From: Candidatus Marinacidobacterales bacterium
Lineage (GTDB): Bacteria > Acidobacteriota > Vicinamibacteria > Marinacidobacterales > SMYC01
DNA: 64,000 nucleotides
NCBI GenBank assembly: GCA_965224085.1
Contig: CBDCYI010000011.1
Location: 256,001-320,000, forward strand
Direction: 5' to 3'
Both the position numbers and the translations under genes were made by a program. Of this stretch, positions 58,633 through 64,000 are shown one piece after another. Position 1 is the first letter of the stretch. Each line of letters opens with the position of its first letter. Below the pieces are notes generated by a model. The model ran no database searches. It was given only the letters and a program-made list of their open reading frames with translations, and was not told the origin of the DNA.

Positions 58633-61012
58633 GTCGAAACTATCTTACGTCAAACCTCTCCACGAAACCGGGATGTCGGATGTCGGCGTCGTCGGTGGCA
58701 AGAACGCGTCTCTCGGCGAGATGATCCACCACCTCACCGAGGTCGGCGTCCGGGTGCCCGGAGGCTTCGCGACCACGACGGACGCTTTCCATCTGTTCTT
58801 GAAAGAAGCCAGGCTCGACGAGCGTATCCACGACACGCTCGAAAAGCTCGATGTCGAGGACGTCCACGAGCTCGCGCGCGTGGGCCGCGAGATTCGGAGC
58901 GCGGTCGAACAAGCGCCGCTTCCCGACGCTGTCGCGTCCGCTGTCCACGAAGCGCTCGAAGCGCTCGATGAGGGGGACGCGTTCGCCGTGCGCTCTTCTG
59001 CCACGGCGGAGGATATGCCCGAAGCGTCTTTCGCGGGCCAGCAGGAAAGCTTTCTGAACGTCGAAGGTCTCGACCACGTTCTCGTGGCGATCAAGAAAGT
59101 GTTCGCCTCGCTCTTCAACGACCGCGCCATCGCCTATCGAGTGCATCAGGGATTCGAGCACCGCGAGGTCGGGATCTCGGCGGGCGTGCAGCGCATGGTG
59201 CGGAGCGATCTCGCCTCGAGCGGGGTCGCCTTCACGCTCGACACGGAATCCGGTTTCGAGAACGTCGTTTTCATCACCGGAAGCTACGGTCTCGGTGAAG
59301 CCGTCGTCCAGGGGGCGGTCAACCCCGACGAATTCTATGTCTATAAGCCGAATCTCGAAGCGGGACGGCCGGCCGTTCTCTCGCGCATGCTCGGCGAGAA
59401 AGAGACGAAGATGATCGATGCCGACGGCGATCAGGTCGAGGAAAGAGTCCGCTCCGTCGAGACCTCCGCCGAAGAGCGCGCGCGGTTTGTCCTCACCGAT
59501 GACGAGCTCGAAGAGCTAGGGCGCCAGGCGCTCCTCATCGAGAGGCATTACGGCCGTCCCATGGATATCGAGTGGGCCAAGGACGGCGTCGACGGGCAAA
59601 TCTACATCGTGCAGGCGCGCCCGGAGACGGTGAAGAGCCGCGGCGACGGCCAAGTGCTCGAGCAGTATCGGCTGAAAACGCAGAGCGAGGTCCTTCTCGA
59701 AGGCCGCGCGGTAGGGCAGAAGATTGCTTCGGGAAAAGTGCGCTTGATCGCGGATGTCGAGGATATGGACACGCTAGCGCCGGGCGAAGTGCTCGTGACG
59801 AACATGACCGATCCGGACTGGGAGCCTGTCATGAAACGCGCTGCCGCCATCGTCACCAATCGCGGCGGGCGCACCTGCCACGCGGCCATCATCGCGCGCG
59901 AGCTCGGTGTTCCCGCGATCGTCGGCAGCGTCGAGGCCACGAATCTATTGCATACCGATCAAGCTGTGACGGTGAGCTGCGCCGAGGGCGATACGGGATT
60001 CATCTACGATGGCGCACTCGAGTTCGACGTAAACAGGATTTCTCTCGACGCGATGCCGGAGGTTCCGCTCGACGTGACGATGAACGTGGGCAACCCGGAA
60101 AGGGCTTTTCACTTCGCCTCGCTCCCGAACGCCGGCGTCGGGCTCGCCCGGCTCGAGTTCGTCATTAATAATATGATCGGCGTTCATCCACGCGCACTTC
60201 TCGAGCTCGACGACCTGCCCGCGGACTTGCAGGCGGCGGTGCGCGAGCGCATCCGTGGCTACCCGGATCCGGTCAGCTTTTACGTGGACAAGCTCACCGA
60301 GGGGATCTCGATGCTCGGCGCGGCCTTTCATCCAAAGAAAGTCATCGTCCGCTTGTCGGACTTCAAATCCAACGAATATGCGCACCTTCTCGGGGGCGCG
60401 CGTTACGAGCCCAACGAAGAGAACCCGATGATCGGCTTTCGCGGCGCGTCTCGCTACGTCTCGGAAGAGTTCTCCACTTGCTTCGCGCTCGAGTGCCAAG
60501 CCGTGAAGCGCGTGCGGGAAGAGATGGGGCTCGACAACGTCGAAGTCATGATCCCCTTCGTGCGCACGCTCGACGAGGCTCGAGCCGTCATCGAGGCGCT
60601 TCGCGCCAACGGACTCGAGCGCGGAAAGCACGACCTCAAGCTCATCATGATGTGCGAGATCCCGTCCAACGTCATCCTCGCCGATGAATTTCTCGAATAT
60701 TTCGACGGCTTCTCGATTGGCTCGAACGATCTCACCCAGTTCACTTTGGCTGTCGACCGCGACTCCGCGCTCGTCGCCGCGACTTTCGACGAGCGGAACG
60801 ATGCCGTCAAGAAAATGGTCCACGAGGCCATAGTGGCGTGTAATAAAGCCGCGAAGTACATTGGGATATGCGGGCAGGGACCTTCGGACTATCCAGATTT
60901 CGCGAAGTGGCTCCTGGACGAAGGTATCGACAGCGTTTCACTCAATCCCGATACCGTCGTCGAGACTTGGCTTTTTCTCGCCGAGCAAGCTGGCAAAGGG
61001 GAAGTAGCGTGA
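58631..61012 (+). CDS. ppsA: Phosphoenolpyruvate synthase
   Basis: [30 protein letters not shown] and [10 protein letters not shown] motifs. Confidence 0.96.
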   Translation: MSKLSYVKPLHETGMSDVGVVGGKNASLGEMIHHLTEVGVRVPGGFATTTDAFHLFLKEARLDERIHDTLEKLDVEDVHELARVGREIRSAVEQAPLPDAVASAVHEALEALDEGDAFAVRSSATAEDMPEASFAGQQESFLNVEGLDHVLVAIKKVFASLFNDRAIAYRVHQGFEHREVGISAGVQRMVRSDLASSGVAFTLDTESGFENVVFITGSYGLGEAVVQGAVNPDEFYVYKPNLEAGRPAVLSRMLGEKETKMIDADGDQVEERVRSVETSAEERARFVLTDDELEELGRQALLIERHYGRPMDIEWAKDGVDGQIYIVQARPETVKSRGDGQVLEQYRLKTQSEVLLEGRAVGQKIASGKVRLIADVEDMDTLAPGEVLVTNMTDPDWEPVMKRAAAIVTNRGGRTCHAAIIARELGVPAIVGSVEATNLLHTDQAVTVSCAEGDTGFIYDGALEFDVNRISLDAMPEVPLDVTMNVGNPERAFHFASLPNAGVGLARLEFVINNMIGVHPRALLELDDLPADLQAAVRERIRGYPDPVSFYVDKLTEGISMLGAAFHPKKVIVRLSDFKSNEYAHLLGGARYEPNEENPMIGFRGASRYVSEEFSTCFALECQAVKRVREEMGLDNVEVMIPFVRTLDEARAVIEALRANGLERGKHDLKLIMMCEIPSNVILADEFLEYFDGFSIGSNDLTQFTLAVDRDSALVAATFDERNDAVKKMVHEAIVACNKAAKYIGICGQGPSDYPDFAKWLLDEGIDSVSLNPDTVVETWLFLAEQAGKGEVA

Positions 61013-61704
61013 GAAATCGTGTTGTTGCGGCAGTGCTTCTTCTCGTCGCCGGCTGCGATTCCGGTCCCACCTCTACGACGCCGACGCCTCCAGTGGCGCC
61101 CGCGCCGCTACCCACACCCGATGCCACCGCGAGCTATGTCGTGACCTTCGCGGCTACCTGGAGCGCCGCGACCCATCCCAACATGTTCCCGTCGAACCCA
61201 CACTTTTCGGGTCTCATCGGCGCGACCCATCGCGCGGGCATCCGTTTCTGGACCCCCGGCGGGATCGCGTCAAACGGTATCGAGGCGATGGCCGAGCTGG
61301 GCTCCAAAACGCCGCTCGACGTCGGAATCGGGCGCGCGATGACGAACGGCAACGCAGAGCACCTTCTGTCCGGCGGCGGCATCGCGCGCTCGCCAGACAA
61401 CGTGACGCTTGCTTTCGACATCAGCGTCGAGCATCCGTTCGTGACCCTCGTCTCGATGATCGCGCCGAGTCCCGATTGGTTCGTCGGCGTGAGCGAGATG
61501 AGCCTGTTCGACAACGGTGATTGGGCCGACGAGATCGTCGTCGAGCTCGAGCCCTACGATGCCGGCACCGATAATGGCAACACCTACAACGCGCCCGACA
61601 GAGACACGGTGCCACGTATCCCGATTGCGCACCTCGAAGGCCCACCGTTGGCCGTAGGCGGTATCGTGCCTCCGGTCGGAACGTTCACGTTTCGGCGGCA
61701 GTAA
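61009..61704 (+). CDS. Spondin_N-domain lipoprotein
   Basis: Lipobox VAGC; [22 protein letters not shown] and PYDAGTD motifs; GTGA overlap with the ppsA stop. Confidence 0.85.
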   Translation: MRNRVVAAVLLLVAGCDSGPTSTTPTPPVAPAPLPTPDATASYVVTFAATWSAATHPNMFPSNPHFSGLIGATHRAGIRFWTPGGIASNGIEAMAELGSKTPLDVGIGRAMTNGNAEHLLSGGGIARSPDNVTLAFDISVEHPFVTLVSMIAPSPDWFVGVSEMSLFDNGDWADEIVVELEPYDAGTDNGNTYNAPDRDTVPRIPIAHLEGPPLAVGGIVPPVGTFTFRRQ

Positions 61705-61859
61705 GCCGTCGTCGATTCGCTGCATTTCGTAACACCTCGTCCGAACGAGGTCCCGTGTCCTTAGAAGCGCTGGCAACCTCGAGTGATAGTCGAGCTCCGC
61801 GCACACCTGTTCGTCGCACGACCCGCCGCAGAGACAGTGCCCCGGCGGTAAAATAGGGC

Positions 61860-62097
61860 GTGACTTCCAAATCGACACCGGAACAACGACGGCGAGCCCG
61901 GCGCAATGGGGCATTCACGCGAGTACTTCGAGGAGAACGAGAACCACGAAGGGACGAGCATACGTTGTCTTTGTCTACTGCCGAGCGCATGGCCATGGTG
62001 TGGCCGTTGACGCTCGAATGTCTTGCTTGGACAGGTGCGGATGCAGACGAACCAGACTTCAGAGATCTGTTTGCCGCGTTAAACGACGCGGACGCTG
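61860..62097 (+). pseudogene. Remnant of an antitoxin-like ORF fused to a nucleotidyltransferase start
   Basis: ERMAMVWPLT...W, then DFRDLFAALNDA, then truncated. Confidence 0.4.
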
Positions 62098-62134
62098 CAA
62101 CCCCACCTTTAGCGCCGAACGGAGCGGTCCCTCC

Positions 62135-63164
62135 TCATTCGACGAATAGCTTCACTTCGCCGCTTTCTTTCAGCGACGTCACCGCTTGGTCGATGCCGTC
62201 TTGAATCGCTTGCTGCTTCAAATGTTGCTCGATCCGCGGATGCACATCTTCGTAAGACATCAGCTGTCCTTCGATCTTCTCCGACAGCTTGATGATGTGG
62301 TAGCCGAACTGTGTCTCGACGACGGAGCTCAGCCCGCCAGGTTCGAGCGCGAAGGCGGCTTGCTCGAAGGGCGGTACTGTTTGACCGCGCGTCACGGTGA
62401 GCCCGCCGCCGTTTTGCGCTGAGCCTGGATCTTCAGAATGCTCCCGGGCGAGCCCGGCGAAATCCGCCCCGGATTTGGCTTCTTCCAAGATGCCTTCGAT
62501 AGCGGTGAGCACGGTGGCTCGCTCCTCGGCCGTCGCCTCCGGACTGACGCTTTTCAGTATGTGGCTCAACCGCAGCTGCTCCGGCTGGCGCATTTGTTCT
62601 TGATTCTCGTCGTAGAAGCGTCGTTTCGCTTCTGGAGTTACGTTCGCTCGACTGACGATACCCGTCTCGATCAATTTCTGGATGCTCAGATTTCGCTGGA
62701 CTTCATTGCGTAGTTCGTCAAGGGTCATGCCTCGAGTTTCGAGAGCTTGGTCGAACTGATCGGGTTGCGGGAAGCGGCTCTTCATGTTGTCGAGCTCTCT
62801 ATCAACGTCGGCGCTCGCCACAAGCATGTCTCGATCGCGGCTTGCCTGGTAAAGAAGCTGCGCGCCGACCAGTTGATCCAGGACTGTGCGATAGAACGCG
62901 ATGGTCTTGGGGCCGGGGGTTCCGCCCATTTGCGCGTCGGCGCCGGCGATACGCTCGAGAAGCTCGGTTTTCAGGATCGCTACCCCGTTCACGGTCGCGA
63001 CGATGTCGGGGAACGTTTCGGGGTCGGCCGGCTCTTCATTCACTTCCAGAGCCATGGTGGCTTCGGGAGCCACGTCGGGCTCTTCTTCGTTTTTTGTTGT
63101 TGGAGCAGGCGGTGATCCCGAGAGCCAGCAAGCTAGCTGCGAACATGTTCAGACGTGGGTACAT
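62135..63164 (-). pseudogene. Parvulin-type peptidylprolyl isomerase lipoprotein (SurA/PrsA-like), frameshift in an A6 tract near 63092
   Basis: Lipobox ITAC lies in a different frame from SHIL, FAGLAREHSED.GS...GG.L and TQFGYHII. Confidence 0.85.
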
Positions 63165-63309
63165 AAAACACACGGGTTTCCTTCCTCTATATCAGGTTTT
63201 TGGATGTCCGTCGCGCGTCATGCGTGGTCGGGCCATCATACGGTGAACAGCGCCGAACCCCCAATTCGCTATCGCCTGAGCACCGCCGGGCGGGCGAAGT
63301 AATCCGCCG

Positions 63310-64000
63310 CGAGCGGATGGGCGTGACCGGATAGCCGTATTGACCTTCGAGCACGAAGCGCGTCGCGCCTGCGGAGCTGGACGAAGTCGGCGCGTCCCAA
63401 GCGAGCGCCACTTCGGCACGTCGTACGTGCCGAACGTTGCGGCATCCGAAATTGACACCGCCTTCGACCCAGCCGGTATCGGTAGCGACGACCTCGGCGC
63501 CTGTCTGGCGCGCGAGTTCGTCGAGCGTGTCGTGCATCTCGGATGGGTTCTGGTCCACGGGAAAGATAAGCGTTCCCGAGGGATAGGTCCGCCCGCCTTG
63601 CTCGATCGTTTTGTCGGAGCTCAATACGCGAAGATCGGCGCGGAGCGCTCCTGCCAGCAAACGCCCGGCCGCGGCCGTGCCCCAGGGCGCGAGGTAGGCG
63701 ACCCGCGCCCGGCCTCCCGTGATCGTCGCGGGGGTCACGCGCTCGCTCCCCGCGGGGCCGAAACTACCGGTGGGTACGACATCGCAGGTGACCGTCTCGA
63801 GGTTGAACAGCTGCGGCAACGACCAGCCCGTAACGTCGTAGATCTCGCTGGGAAGATTTCTCTTGCGCCGGCGCTCTTGCTCTTCCAGAAAGTCATCGCC
63901 GAGCGGGACGTCGGCGTCGAGGATCGTTCGAATGAGCCGCTTCGCCGGCTGCGCGAGCTCGACGATCAGGCTTCCTGCGGGAAAGTCGCCGCTGCGGCCG
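63310..64000 (-). pseudogene. Internal part of a large M14-like zinc carboxypeptidase; enters from the window end and is truncated near 63310
   Basis: EIYDVTGWSLPQLF and AGATRFVLE..Y motifs; the frame degenerates after about 63310. Confidence 0.6.

Noticed and set aside
1-64000. tRNA/rRNA genes, prophage, retron or DGR
   Set aside because: No such motifs, reverse transcriptase or phage structural genes were recognised by eye.

Overview
GC-rich bacterial DNA. It is probably Acidobacteriota (Vicinamibacteria-like), inferred from PadR + ADOP-type ABC permease remnants, two DUF5916/CBM9-like genes and Hanks-type kinase remnants. Intact metabolic and envelope genes are mixed with many frameshifted, internally deleted or fused gene remnants and five IS elements (two IS1634-like, two ISNCY/IS5-like, one IS110). 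Main finding: a 2637-bp IS110-family element (33314-35950, minus strand) inserted with a 2-bp core (GG on +) into the Gly-rich loop codons (GGA ATG GGT GAC GT) of a Ser/Thr kinase gene. It carries two cargo ORFs, a Cys-rich Zn-finger-like protein and a 138-aa unknown. Its predicted bridge RNA lies inside the element, between the cargo and the recombinase, and all four guides can be matched by eye to the target flanks and element ends. Circularisation would create a TTGATC-17-TACGCT promoter. Other notable items: a probable Sec-containing AhpD/CMD peroxidase (CHYU + SECIS-like hairpin) directly behind an iodotyrosine-deiodinase-like nitroreductase; a leaderless poly-Cys sORF upstream of an ATP-grasp gene; an unannotated 49-aa basic sORF with a sigmaE-like promoter and terminator; a vapBC islet bounded by a 78-bp duplication of a gene 3' end; a 138-bp insertion in a DUF5916 gene; and ppsR/ppsA start codons sharing one CATG. 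All family calls are by-eye motif recognition; no database searches were run.
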